Assembly: GCA_003167215.1 (NCBI GenBank)
Contig: PMTV01000051.1
Coordinates: 368-64,367, forward strand
DNA length: 64,000 nucleotides
Direction of reading: 5' to 3'
From: Acidobacteriota bacterium
GTDB lineage: Bacteria; Acidobacteriota; Terriglobia; Acidiferrales; UBA7541
Shown here: positions 17,864 to 27,257 of the stretch, in pieces
Numbering within the stretch: the stretch's first letter is position 1
Layout: each line of letters starts with the position of its first letter
Notes under the pieces: generated by a model
What the model was told of the DNA's origin: nothing
Seen by the model: the letters and a program-made list of their open reading frames with translations, nothing else
Database searches by the model: none
Program-made: the position numbers and the translations under genes

Positions 17864-20296
17864 TTATTCCGCTGACTTAATCCGCATGCCGTAGAATGAC
17901 CGGTAAACGAAGGTATAGGAAATCAAAAAGAATACAGCAGCCAGAACGTGGGTCAAATTCCCCCCGGTTTCGAGCGTCAACTTCACGGCCAACTCGACCG
18001 CAAGCAAGCCGAAGAGCGTGGTGAACTTGATGACCGGATTCAAAGCCACGGACGAAGTGTCCTTAAACGGATCGCCGACCGTATCGCCCACCACCGTCGC
18101 GTCATGCAGCGGCGTGCCCTTCTGTTTGAGTTCCACTTCTACAATCTTTTTCGCGTTGTCCCATGCGGCGCCGGCGTCTGCCATGAAAATGGCCTGGTAC
18201 AGACCAAAGATGGCAATCGAAATCAGGTAACCGATGAAGAAAAACGGTTCCACGAACGCGAACGCCAGCGTGGCAAAGAATACGGCGATGAAAATATTCA
18301 GCATGCCCTTCTGCGCGTACTTCGTGCAGATTTCAACCACCTTTTTGCTGTCGGCCACCGAAGCTCGCTCCGCACTCTCGAGATTGATGTTGGCTTTGAT
18401 GAACTCCACAGCGCGATACGCGCCGGTCGTCACCGCCTGCGTGGATGCGCCTGTGAACCAATAGATCATCGCGCCGCCGGTAACGAGTCCGAGAAAGAAG
18501 GGAGCATGCAGGAGCGAAAGCTTGTCCACGTTCTCGGTGATGCCGTTCGTCAACGCCATGATGATCGAGAAAATCATGGTTGTGGCGCCCACAACAGCCG
18601 TGCCGATCAGCACAGGTTTCGCGGTGGCTTTAAACGTGTTTCCCGCGCCGTCGTTTGCTTCCAGCAAATCCTTTGCGCGCTCGAAGTTCACGTCCATGTT
18701 GTAGTCTTTTTTCAACTCTTGTTTGATGTTCGGGATGCTTTCAATCATCGAAAGTTCGTACACCGATTGCGCGTTGTCCGTAACCGGCCCGTAAGAATCT
18801 ACGGCGATGGTGACTGGGCCCATGCCCAGGAAGCCAAAAGCCACAAGCCCAAAGGCGAAAACCGGAGCCGCAATCATCTGCGCCCCGAGCCCTTGCAAGC
18901 TGACCAGATAACCAATGGACATCAACGCGACCATCGCAAGGCCGAGGTAATAACCCGAAAAATTCCCGGCCACGAAGCCGGATAAAATGCCCAAAGAGGC
19001 TCCGCCTTCCCGCGCCGAAGTGACCACCTCGCGCACGTGCCGCGATTCCGTGGACGTGAAAACCTTTACCAGCTCCGGAATCACAGCTCCGGCTAGCGTT
19101 CCGCAGGAGATGATTGTCGCCAGTTTCCACCATTGCGTAGAGTCGCCGCCGAGCTCGGGAATGATTTTGGACGAAACGTAGTAGGTGATAGCGATGGAAA
19201 CAATCGAAGTGATCCACACGAGCGAAGTAAGTGGAGACTCGAAATTCATCTCATCGGCCTTCAGGAAACGCGCCTTGGCGATGAGGTCGTTGATAAAGTA
19301 GGCGAGCGCACTGGCTACCAGCATGGCGATGCGCATCACGAAGATCCACACCAGCAACTGTACTTGCACCGTGGGGCTCTTCACACCTAGCAAGATGAAC
19401 GTAATCAGCGCCACTCCCGTGACGCCGTAGGTTTCGAATCCGTCGGCGGTTGGCCCAACGGAGTCACCTGCGTTGTCTCCCGTGCAGTCGGCGATTACGC
19501 CCGGATTGCGCGCGTCATCTTCCTTAATCTTGAAGACGATTTTCATCAAGTCGGATCCGATGTCTGCAATCTTGGTGAAGATGCCGCCGGCGATTCTTAG
19601 TGCGGCTGCTCCGAGCGACTCGCCAATCGCGAAGCCGATGAAGCAAGGGCCGGCGTAGTCGCCGGGAACAAAAAGCAGGATCAAAAGCATCATCAGCAGT
19701 TCCACGCTGATCAACATCATGCCGATGCTCATCCCCGCTTCGAGCGGAATGTGGTAAAGCGGAAACGGTTTGCCGCGAAGGCCCGCGAAAGCGGTTCGCG
19801 AATTCGCAAATGTGTTTACGCGAATACCAAACCAAGCCACGCCGTAGCTGCCTGCAATTCCCAACACGCTGAACAAAAAGATGATGATTACGCGGGCCGC
19901 TTCATAGTGCAGCAGTACGCCGAAATACAGCACGATCACCACTGCAATGAACAACTCGAGCAGCAAAAGAAACTTGCCCTGGGTAATCAGGTAGGTCTTG
20001 CATGTCTCGTAGATCAGCTCGGAGATTTCGCGCATTGCGCGATGAACCGGCAGATTCTTCAGCCGTGTGTAAATCACCAAGCCGAATACCAGTCCAAAGA
20101 TGCAGAACAGGATCCCGAATAGCAGAAGTTTGTGGCCGTCCATGCCCAGAAAATTCACCTGCGACAAATCAGGCAGCTTTAGATTGGCCTCACCGCCAGG
20201 CGCCTCGCCTGGAGCTTGCGCCTGAGCCGCAGCAGCACCCAACAACGTTACAATCACCGCCGCCGCGGATTTCAGCATGTTGCCGAAGGGTTTCAT
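17864..20296 (-). CDS. hppA: Membrane-bound proton-translocating pyrophosphatase, K+-independent type
   Basis: ORF 17864..20374, with the likely ATG at 20296 (MKPFGNMLKSAAAVIVTLLGAAAAQAQA...). mPPase motifs: GGIFTKIADIGSDL and PGVIADCTGDNAGDSVGPTADGFETY. In DGAGNTFKATAKP a Lys occupies the Ala/Lys K+-dependence position. Confidence 0.9.
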   Translation of the reverse strand: MKPFGNMLKSAAAVIVTLLGAAAAQAQAPGEAPGGEANLKLPDLSQVNFLGMDGHKLLLFGILFCIFGLVFGLVIYTRLKNLPVHRAMREISELIYETCKTYLITQGKFLLLLELFIAVVIVLYFGVLLHYEAARVIIIFLFSVLGIAGSYGVAWFGIRVNTFANSRTAFAGLRGKPFPLYHIPLEAGMSIGMMLISVELLMMLLILLFVPGDYAGPCFIGFAIGESLGAAALRIAGGIFTKIADIGSDLMKIVFKIKEDDARNPGVIADCTGDNAGDSVGPTADGFETYGVTGVALITFILLGVKSPTVQVQLLVWIFVMRIAMLVASALAYFINDLIAKARFLKADEMNFESPLTSLVWITSIVSIAITYYVSSKIIPELGGDSTQWWKLATIISCGTLAGAVIPELVKVFTSTESRHVREVVTSAREGGASLGILSGFVAGNFSGYYLGLAMVALMSIGYLVSLQGLGAQMIAAPVFAFGLVAFGFLGMGPVTIAVDSYGPVTDNAQSVYELSMIESIPNIKQELKKDYNMDVNFERAKDLLEANDGAGNTFKATAKPVLIGTAVVGATTMIFSIIMALTNGITENVDKLSLLHAPFFLGLVTGGAMIYWFTGASTQAVTTGAYRAVEFIKANINLESAERASVADSKKVVEICTKYAQKGMLNIFIAVFFATLAFAFVEPFFFIGYLISIAIFGLYQAIFMADAGAAWDNAKKIVEVELKQKGTPLHDATVVGDTVGDPFKDTSSVALNPVIKFTTLFGLLAVELAVKLTLETGGNLTHVLAAVFFLISYTFVYRSFYGMRIKSAE

Positions 20297-20659
20297 GCCT
20301 TCACTGGACATAAGATTGCGCATTAAAAAGCCCCCACTAAGCGGGCGGTCACACATTTGACGAGACAAGAGCACATTCAGCCTTCCTCCGGATGAAGACT
20401 CCTTGGCGGGAGCCTACAGATTGCGAGAAGTTATTAAACAGAATCGACTTTTGTAGCAGGATTAGCGTCTTTCGTCAAGAAAAGAGGCTTTTGACAGCAA
20501 ATCCGCCTCTGTTATCGCAAGAGCAAGATCTTTCCAAAGCAATGTCTTTGGCGGCGCTCCTTTGCCTTCCGAGGGGTAATCGCGACCGCACAGGCGTCCT
20601 CGCAATCCTAGTACGCCTACTCGGCTGCGGTTAGACTTTGACGGGAGGGACTCAGTGCG

Positions 20660-21079
20660 ATGAAACCAAGGTTCCTGTGGGTCTGTCTAGCTATTTTTCT
20701 GTTCCCGAAGTCGGGTTCCGGACAAAGCACGTTGCAATCCCGGACCTATCGCTTCGAAGACCTGACCTCTCAGAAAGAGGCCAACGCAACCTTTCGCCCG
20801 ATCCTCGATGGTCTAACTCATAGTGGAGTTCACCTTCATGTTCATGAAGTCTTTCTGTTGCCGGGAAGCTCGCCGCATCACGCCCATCATCACCAACAGG
20901 AAGAAATGTTTCTGATCAGCGAGGGCCAGGTGGAAGTCACCATTGGCGATAAAACGACCAAGCTCGGGCCCGGCTCGGCCGCTTTCGTCGCTCCCGGCGA
21001 CCAACATCAAATCCAAAACGTCGGAACGAGTCCTGCGGAGTATTTCGAAATCATTCTCGATCCAACAGCGCCGCACTAG
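20660..21079 (+). CDS. Secreted cupin-domain protein
   Basis: Signal peptide MKPRFLWVCLAIFLFPKSGSGQ. Cupin motif 1 is GSSPHHAHHHQQEEMFLISEG and motif 2 is GPGSAAFVAPGDQHQIQN. Confidence 0.75.
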   Translation: MKPRFLWVCLAIFLFPKSGSGQSTLQSRTYRFEDLTSQKEANATFRPILDGLTHSGVHLHVHEVFLLPGSSPHHAHHHQQEEMFLISEGQVEVTIGDKTTKLGPGSAAFVAPGDQHQIQNVGTSPAEYFEIILDPTAPH

Positions 21080-21136
21080 GACGAGCATCCGTCTGCTGAT
21101 TGTGGAAAAGATGCTTCGAGAATCTAAAAGCGACGT

Positions 21137-21793
21137 TTAGTCCTGCGGTGTCTTGGCCAGAGGGACTTCAAAAAACATCAGAGGTCTATTCCCCGGGATC
21201 ACCACCGCGTCAGGAACGTACAGTACGGAAGCGCCGGCCAGCGACATGTCCCGGCTCAAATCGAAATAAAGAAACCCATGAATCGTGGCCATGGGCGGGA
21301 CCACATCCGCATCGAGTGCAAGCGGCTGCAGAATGTCTTCGATTTTGGCGGATTTTTTATCGCCGCCCGGCAGGGAAACATGTGGAATGCGAGCATTTTT
21401 AGGGCCTGAAGGGCCCTGCGGATGCGCGATCAGGTATGCCGCGTCGGAAGGCTTGAGCGAGTCGATATCCTGGTGCTGGCCGTTGCGAAAGTGCACTTCC
21501 AGTTGGATGGTGTTGAGGTCGATGCGAATCGGATGGTCCGATTCATTGCGCAGGAAAATTTCCACCGGAAGAATTCCTGCCGGTATCGGGTCTGCCTTGC
21601 CGAATTTCTCTTTAGCGCGCGGACCATCGTCATACGCATCGGCCAGGATCGTCATGCCCTCGTGAGTATCGTGGGCGATGGAAGCCGCAGGCTGTGCCGG
21701 AGCATTCTGGCTTGATTTCACGCCGGGTGACTGCGCGAAACCGCTTGCGCACATCACTAAACACGCTAGAACTAGTGCGCTGGCTCGAATCAT
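21137..21793 (-). CDS. Hypothetical secreted protein
   Basis: Signal peptide MIRASALVLACLVMCASGFAQ. I recognise no family. Confidence 0.55.
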   Translation of the reverse strand: MIRASALVLACLVMCASGFAQSPGVKSSQNAPAQPAASIAHDTHEGMTILADAYDDGPRAKEKFGKADPIPAGILPVEIFLRNESDHPIRIDLNTIQLEVHFRNGQHQDIDSLKPSDAAYLIAHPQGPSGPKNARIPHVSLPGGDKKSAKIEDILQPLALDADVVPPMATIHGFLYFDLSRDMSLAGASVLYVPDAVVIPGNRPLMFFEVPLAKTPQD

Positions 21794-21951
21794 CTATGGA
21801 CTTTCCCGGCTTGCGACTTCGATGCTCGGTTTCAGCGGGAAGTTGTGCATGTTCCCGCTCGCTGCCACTATAATACCTGCTTTGTGTGCGGAGTCGCTGC
21901 GGGAAGTGCCTGGCACCTACAGGCATCGCGAGTCGCCACAATGCCTTCCCA

Positions 21952-23364
21952 ATGTACTTCCTATATCGAATTATCACGGCAGTCGGCATGCTCGTACTGG
22001 CGCCATACTTTGCGTTGCGGGGCTGGCGGCGCGGCGAGCATTCCGGTGCTTTGCGCGAACGTCTCGGAATTCTGCCAACGAGCTTCGCGGCTGACACAAG
22101 TAGCGCGGCGGTAGGCAGAGCCGGGGATGCGCTTGGGGGCGGAGCAATTTGGATACACGCAGTCTCCGTGGGTGAAGTTCTCGCCGCAAAGCCCCTGGTG
22201 GAGGGGCTCAATCGCGAGTTTCCTGGCCGGCCGATCTTCGTTTCTACCACGACGGAAACCGGGCAGCGACTCGCGCGCGAGCGATTACAATCCGCCAACG
22301 AAATATTTTATTTCCCTCTCGATTGGGTGGTGCCGGTGCGACGAGCTTTGCGGACGATTCGACCGGCACTCGTGATTGTGATGGAAACGGAGATTTGGCC
22401 CAATTTTTTGCGGGAAGCCCGCCGCTCCGGTATTCCGGTGATTTTCGCGAACGCGCGCATCTCCGAAAGGTCCTTCTCCCGCTTCGAAAGATGGAGATTT
22501 CTGCTTGGGGTATTTTTCGAACGTACTCTTCAGGATGCGGAGTTGTTTTTGGCGCAGAGTGAAGCAGACGCGAAGCGCCTGGTCAGTATGGGTGCGCTCG
22601 AAGACCGCGTGGAAATCACTGGCAACTTGAAGTATGACGTGGAACCGGTCGATATCGGAAGATTCGGCGCGTGGCTCGAAACACAGACTCGACAGCAAGA
22701 GCGCTGGCCGGTGCTCGTTGCTGGCAGCGTTGTGGAAGGAGAAGAACAGGCCGTGCTCGCAGGATACGACGCAGTGCAGCGGCAATGGCGCCGAACCTTG
22801 CTAATACTTGCGCCTCGAAAGCCCGATCGATTTATGGCCGCGGGGGAAATTATTGCCGAAGGTGGTTGGAATACCGCTCGCCGAAGCCAACTGAACCTCA
22901 GTAAGCCCCTGGGCGAAAACACCGATGTGCTGGTCCTCGACTCGATTGGTGAGCTTGCAGGACTGTATTCGCTGGCGGATGCTGTGTTCGTGGGAGGCTC
23001 GCTGGTCCGCGCTGGTGGGCACAACATTCTAGAACCTGCATGCTTTTCGCGCCCGCCCGTTTTCGGAGCCTCGATGGAAAACTTCCGCGAGATGGCGGAC
23101 CAGTTTCTAGATGCACACGCGGGCGTCCAAGTTGCGAACGGAGAGCAGTTGGGGAAAGTCTGGGTGCAACTGATTGAGGATAATGCGATGCGCGAGCGCA
23201 TGGGAAAGGCGGCGCGCGAAATATCAGAACGGAATCGCGGGGCGACGGCGCGCTCGCTGAAACGCATCGTGGAGGTGATAGCCCAAAGCGAATGCCGCAG
23301 CCGTGGCGCTGCCGCCAATGGTGTAAATGCCGCCGAGGGCAATAAAAAGGGAAGCGCGGCGTGA
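21952..23364 (+). CDS. waaA: 3-deoxy-D-manno-octulosonic acid (Kdo) transferase
   Basis: ORF 21886..23364, with ATG 21952 (MYFLYRIITAVGMLVLAPYF...). Motifs: IWIHAVSVGEVLAAKPLV, EIWPNF and the C-terminal GGSL...GGHNILEPA. Confidence 0.85.
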   Translation: MYFLYRIITAVGMLVLAPYFALRGWRRGEHSGALRERLGILPTSFAADTSSAAVGRAGDALGGGAIWIHAVSVGEVLAAKPLVEGLNREFPGRPIFVSTTTETGQRLARERLQSANEIFYFPLDWVVPVRRALRTIRPALVIVMETEIWPNFLREARRSGIPVIFANARISERSFSRFERWRFLLGVFFERTLQDAELFLAQSEADAKRLVSMGALEDRVEITGNLKYDVEPVDIGRFGAWLETQTRQQERWPVLVAGSVVEGEEQAVLAGYDAVQRQWRRTLLILAPRKPDRFMAAGEIIAEGGWNTARRSQLNLSKPLGENTDVLVLDSIGELAGLYSLADAVFVGGSLVRAGGHNILEPACFSRPPVFGASMENFREMADQFLDAHAGVQVANGEQLGKVWVQLIEDNAMRERMGKAAREISERNRGATARSLKRIVEVIAQSECRSRGAAANGVNAAEGNKKGSAA

Positions 23365-24398
23365 CGCTGAAGGAATCACTCCTGTGGCCGCTGTCGTTAC
23401 CCTACGGCCTTTTGGCGCTTCTCCGGGCGGGGGCATACCGGAAGGGAATTCTTCGCCAGCGTCGCTTGCCTGGGGTCGTCATGAGCGTCGGGAACCTGAC
23501 AGTTGGTGGGACCGGCAAAACGCCAATGGTGCTTTGGATCGCGGACCGCCTGCTTGCGGAAGGCAAAACCGTTGGAATCCTTACCCGAGGGTATCGAGGC
23601 AAAACTGTCGGAGCGTCGGCAAAGACTTCCCAAACGACGGGCCGCCCAAGGGTCATTTCCACTAGCGATGAAGTACAACTTTTGCAATCTCGTTTAGGAG
23701 AACGCGTGTTACTTGGTGTCGGTGCAGATCGCTACAAGAGTGGCCTCGCGCTTGCCGGCGGCGGCGTAAATTGGTTTATCCTCGACGACGGTTTTCAACA
23801 TTTGCCTCTCGCGCGTAACGTCGACATCGTTTTGATCGACGCAAGCAAGCCTTTCGGCGGCGGACATTTGCTGCCGGCCGGGCGTTTGCGCGAGCCGCGC
23901 ACCGCGCTCGATCGCGCGGATTTGATCGTCATCACGCGCAGCAACCATGTCCCCGCAATCGAATCCGTCGTACGGCGCTATTCGGACGCGCCCATTTTTT
24001 ACGCCCACACCGAACTCGTTTCGATCTATTCACCTGCCCATCCACAATTCACCGCCTCGGAAGCGCGCTCTAAAACATTTTTTGCCTTCTGCGGGATAGG
24101 CAATCCGGCCGCATTCATTGCGGATCTGCGCGATTGGGGTTTTCAAATTGCCGGCCATAGATTTTTTCCCGACCATCATCGCTTTTCCGAATCCGATATC
24201 GCGGAGATTGAGAAACAAGCCAGGAAGTTAGGTGCCACCGCTCTCATTTGCACGGAGAAGGATGAATTTAATTTGACGGAACCTCCTCCATCGATGGATC
24301 TATGGATCTGCTCCATTTCGCTGCACGTGGACAAAGCAGGTGATTTCTGGCAAGCCCTTATGGAGAAAGCGCAATCCCGCATTGGCAATTCGCAGTGA
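23361..24398 (+). CDS. lpxK: Tetraacyldisaccharide 4'-kinase
   Basis: GTGA start/stop overlap with waaA. The P-loop is VGNLTVGGTGKTPMVLWIA, followed by LTRGY and DDGFQH. Confidence 0.85.
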   Translation: MTLKESLLWPLSLPYGLLALLRAGAYRKGILRQRRLPGVVMSVGNLTVGGTGKTPMVLWIADRLLAEGKTVGILTRGYRGKTVGASAKTSQTTGRPRVISTSDEVQLLQSRLGERVLLGVGADRYKSGLALAGGGVNWFILDDGFQHLPLARNVDIVLIDASKPFGGGHLLPAGRLREPRTALDRADLIVITRSNHVPAIESVVRRYSDAPIFYAHTELVSIYSPAHPQFTASEARSKTFFAFCGIGNPAAFIADLRDWGFQIAGHRFFPDHHRFSESDIAEIEKQARKLGATALICTEKDEFNLTEPPPSMDLWICSISLHVDKAGDFWQALMEKAQSRIGNSQ

Positions 24399-24518
24399 GC
24401 ATCCGACGATGTTGGCGGCGAAAAAATATGCGCGGATTGGCACGTTCACTGAGGCTGTGATACGTTCCGTCCTGTTGATGGGAAGTCGCGTATTCATTCC
24501 AGGTTTTGGGGAGATGTA

Positions 24519-25610
24519 TTGAACACTGGGCCAAGAAAAACCAAGCGGCATTCGAGCGCCGCAGCTCGAGCCGCCGGGCGCGCTACGGATGCCAGTGTAG
24601 ACCTTACGCGCCTGCTCGACATCGTGGCTTCATTCCCGCAGCAGACGATTTGCCTGGTGGGAGATTTTGTGCTCGACGAATTTGTCTCCGGTGAAATCTC
24701 GCGTATCTCGCGCGAGGCTCCCGTGCTGATTCTGCGGCATCGCCGCACCGAGGCTTATCCCGGCGGCGCCGCCAATGCAGTAAACAACCTCGCGGATCTT
24801 GGCGCGCGCGTTTTGCCCGTCGGCGTACTGGGCGAAGACGAAGGCGGCAAGGCCTTGTTGGATTATTTCCGTCGAAAGCGAGTGAACGTATCGGGAATCC
24901 TTCGCACCCGCGACTGGGTGACTTGCACGAAAACGCGTTATCTCGCTGGATGGACGCATACCACCGAGCAACAAGTTCTTCGTGTGGACCGCGAGCCTCG
25001 GGAAGAGCTGTCGGTGCGTATCCAGGATTCGGTTGAGCGCAAAGCTCGCCAGGCTGCGAGCCGCGCAGACGCGGTTCTCATTTCTGACTATGGTCTTGGA
25101 GCCGCGTCGCCGGCCCTCGTCCGCAAGCTCAGCGCGAAATGTATGACGCTCGACTCACGCTATCGATTGCTGGACTATCGCGATGCCGGAATTACGGCCG
25201 CAACGCCGAATGAACCCGAACTCGAAGCGGCTTATCACGTGGCCATCGGCACCGACGCGCGAAGGCTGGAAGAATTGGGCGCCAGCGCGTTGTCTGATCT
25301 GCGTCTCCAAGCACTTCTAGTTACGCGCGGCAAGGATGGCATGGCCGTCTTCGAAAGCGTCGCTGGAAGGGGACCACGCTCCCGCAACATTCCAATCTAC
25401 GGTCCGGACACTCCTGTGGACGTTACCGGTGCGGGCGATACGGTCATCGCGGTTTTTACGCTGGCACTTGCAGCGGGCGCTTCCTACCTGGAAGCGGCTC
25501 ATCTCGCGAATTATGCCGGCGGAATCGTGGTGATGAAGCGTCGAACTGCAACTGTTACCCGCGCGGAACTCGAAGCCGTGTTGCGTCGCGAAGCCACAAC
25601 CCAGCGCTGA
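24519..25610 (+). CDS. hldA: D-glycero-beta-D-manno-heptose-7-phosphate kinase (RfaE domain I, pfkB family)
   Basis: pfkB-type kinase: VGDFVLDEF, GGAANAVNNLADLG and VDVTGAGDTVIA. It is encoded separately from the adenylyltransferase. Confidence 0.8.
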   Translation: MNTGPRKTKRHSSAAARAAGRATDASVDLTRLLDIVASFPQQTICLVGDFVLDEFVSGEISRISREAPVLILRHRRTEAYPGGAANAVNNLADLGARVLPVGVLGEDEGGKALLDYFRRKRVNVSGILRTRDWVTCTKTRYLAGWTHTTEQQVLRVDREPREELSVRIQDSVERKARQAASRADAVLISDYGLGAASPALVRKLSAKCMTLDSRYRLLDYRDAGITAATPNEPELEAAYHVAIGTDARRLEELGASALSDLRLQALLVTRGKDGMAVFESVAGRGPRSRNIPIYGPDTPVDVTGAGDTVIAVFTLALAAGASYLEAAHLANYAGGIVVMKRRTATVTRAELEAVLRREATTQR

Positions 25611-25618
25611 ACACTTTT

Positions 25619-26107
25619 ATGGACACCCGCGAAAAAATACTTTCACGCGAAGGTCTTCACGACGTGCTCGACGAGCATCGCCGTGCCGGCCGCAAAGTCG
25701 TGTTCGCCAATGGCGTTTTCGACTTGCTGCACGTGGGACACGTGCGTTATTTACAAGCTGCGCGCGAAGAAGGCGACTTGCTTGTGGTGGGCTTGAATTC
25801 CGATGCCAGCACTCGCACGTTGAAAGGCGCGGGCCGTCCTATCTTGACCGAACGCGCGCGTGCTTCGCTCGTAGCGGCCGTGGCGGCGGTGGATTACGTT
25901 ATAGTTTTCGACGAACTCGACGTCAATGCGCTGCTGCGCGAGTTTCAGCCTGATGTACACGCCAAAGGCACGGACTACACGGCCGATACCGTTCCCGAAC
26001 GTGATTTGGCGGCGCTGCTGGGAATCCGCGTGGCAATCGTTGGCGACCCCAAAAACCATTCCACGCGTGATTTTCTCGCCCGGCTGCGCCACGAGAAAGA
26101 TGCCTGA
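25619..26107 (+). CDS. hldC: D-glycero-beta-D-manno-heptose-1-phosphate adenylyltransferase (RfaE domain II)
   Basis: Cytidylyltransferase-like HxGH motif in VFANGVFDLLHVGHVRYL, plus VVGLNSD. Confidence 0.85.
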   Translation: MDTREKILSREGLHDVLDEHRRAGRKVVFANGVFDLLHVGHVRYLQAAREEGDLLVVGLNSDASTRTLKGAGRPILTERARASLVAAVAAVDYVIVFDELDVNALLREFQPDVHAKGTDYTADTVPERDLAALLGIRVAIVGDPKNHSTRDFLARLRHEKDA

Positions 26108-26303
26108 GCAGCGATTGTCCCTCCCGCGGCTCGGATCGTTGGGTGCCATCGTCCACGCGCTGCCTGCCGCCTCGCCTGCGCCAAAGCCGCGATTTCGCGA
26201 AACGATTTACCTCCACCGCGCGTCTTACTCGCCTGCTATGCTTTTGACCACAGCGCACCAGGTTGTTGACGCAATCGAGCGTCGCCTGAGGCTTCGTTCG
26301 TGA
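26103..26303 (+). pseudogene. Probable N-terminal remnant of an ADP-heptose:LPS heptosyltransferase (GT9)
   Basis: The ATG overlaps the hldC stop (ATGCCTGA). The 66 aa are MPEQRLSLPRLGSLGAIVHALPAASPAPKPRFRETIYLHRASYSPAMLLTTAHQVVDAIERRLRLRS. The segment RLGSLGAIVHALPAA mimics the GT9 N-terminal (R/K)xxSLGD(V/I)xHxLPA motif, with D changed to A. The reading frame stops after 66 aa, where the next gene begins. Confidence 0.4.
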
Positions 26304-26875
26304 GCGAGCCAAGAAAATTCTGGATGCGCTGGCGCGTGCGCATTGGCTATCCCGTGGCGGTTCTCTATTGGCTGCTAGCCACGCCGACGCGCCATTGGAT
26401 TGCAATCGGCGCGGCCGTCGCCGCCCTCGGATTGCTCGTTCGAGCAGCAGCCTCCGGGGAATTGCGCAAGAATCAGGAACTGGCGACGTCCGGCATTTAC
26501 TCTCGCACGCGAAATCCGCTCTACCTTGGCAGTGCGATTCTCGCCGTCGGATTCATTATTGCCGGACATTCCCTGTGGGCCGGGCTGCTCGTCGCTCTCT
26601 ACTTTTCCGTTTTTTATTATGCTGTGATGCGCAACGAAGAAGACGATCTGCGCGCAAAATTTGGCGTTGCATTCCAACAGTATTCCTCGAGCGTGCCGCT
26701 TTTCTTCCCGAAAGTTTTTAGCACGGCGAGGCTTCCGTCGGAAAGCGAGCCCAAAAAGACTTTTTCGTGGCAACAATTCAGGCGTAACCGCGAATACAAA
26801 GCGCTGATCGGAACGATCGGCGCTCTTGCCATCGTATGGCTGCGGATGTGGTTGAGAGAACGCTACGGGTATTAG
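26300..26875 (+). CDS. Isoprenylcysteine carboxyl / phospholipid methyltransferase-family membrane protein
   Basis: Multi-TM protein with the ICMT/PEMT-like signature SGIYSRTRNPLYLGSAILAVGF...EEDDLRAKFG..Y. Start is GTG 26300 or ATG 26324. Confidence 0.7.
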   Translation: MSEPRKFWMRWRVRIGYPVAVLYWLLATPTRHWIAIGAAVAALGLLVRAAASGELRKNQELATSGIYSRTRNPLYLGSAILAVGFIIAGHSLWAGLLVALYFSVFYYAVMRNEEDDLRAKFGVAFQQYSSSVPLFFPKVFSTARLPSESEPKKTFSWQQFRRNREYKALIGTIGALAIVWLRMWLRERYGY

Positions 26876-26883
26876 ATTTGCCT

Positions 26884-27153
26884 TTACTGCAGGCGGTAGA
26901 TGGCGTGCATCACGCGCTGGAACTTGGGCCTATACAGCAAATCAAATGCGCGCTCTTTGCCGGGAAACATTTCCAGCGCCACTCTGCGCGTTGCCGCAAT
27001 CATACCCGAGGCTTCTTCCGGAGTTAAATCGCCCGCTGCAATCGATTCCAGGGTTAGCTGGACCAAAATGCGCAGTCGCCGAATACGCCTGCTTTCGTCG
27101 TCGATTTGCGCCTGCGTGGGCTGGCAAACCGGGCTGTTTTCAGTGGGTTCCAT
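26884..27153 (-). CDS. Hypothetical small protein
   Basis: 89-aa ORF with plausible coding composition and no recognised family. It is convergent with the methyltransferase gene. Confidence 0.4.
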   Translation of the reverse strand: MEPTENSPVCQPTQAQIDDESRRIRRLRILVQLTLESIAAGDLTPEEASGMIAATRRVALEMFPGKERAFDLLYRPKFQRVMHAIYRLQ

Positions 27154-27257
27154 GACGGGCCTTGAAGAATCCTTCTAAGCCTCATTATGAGCTTGGCTCC
27201 GAAAGCGCGCAATAGTACTGTGGACCAGTGTTCTTGGATATTTTCCGAGGAATTTAA

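Noticed and set aside
17948-18985. 345-aa plus-strand ORF opposite hppA. Similar long antisense ORFs occur at 49801..50808, 53631..54629, 55123..56076, 57657..58592, 8386..9336, 43119..43916 and 22530..23342.
   Set aside because: All lie fully inside, and antisense to, genes with clear family motifs. They have Arg/His/Gly-rich low-information sequences. I treat them as GC-driven shadow ORFs.
20297-20659. 363-nt region upstream of hppA, including ORF 20392..20634 (80 aa), as a possible leader peptide or small gene
   Set aside because: The ORF has no RBS and no recognisable features. The region most simply serves as the divergent promoter region for hppA and the cupin gene.
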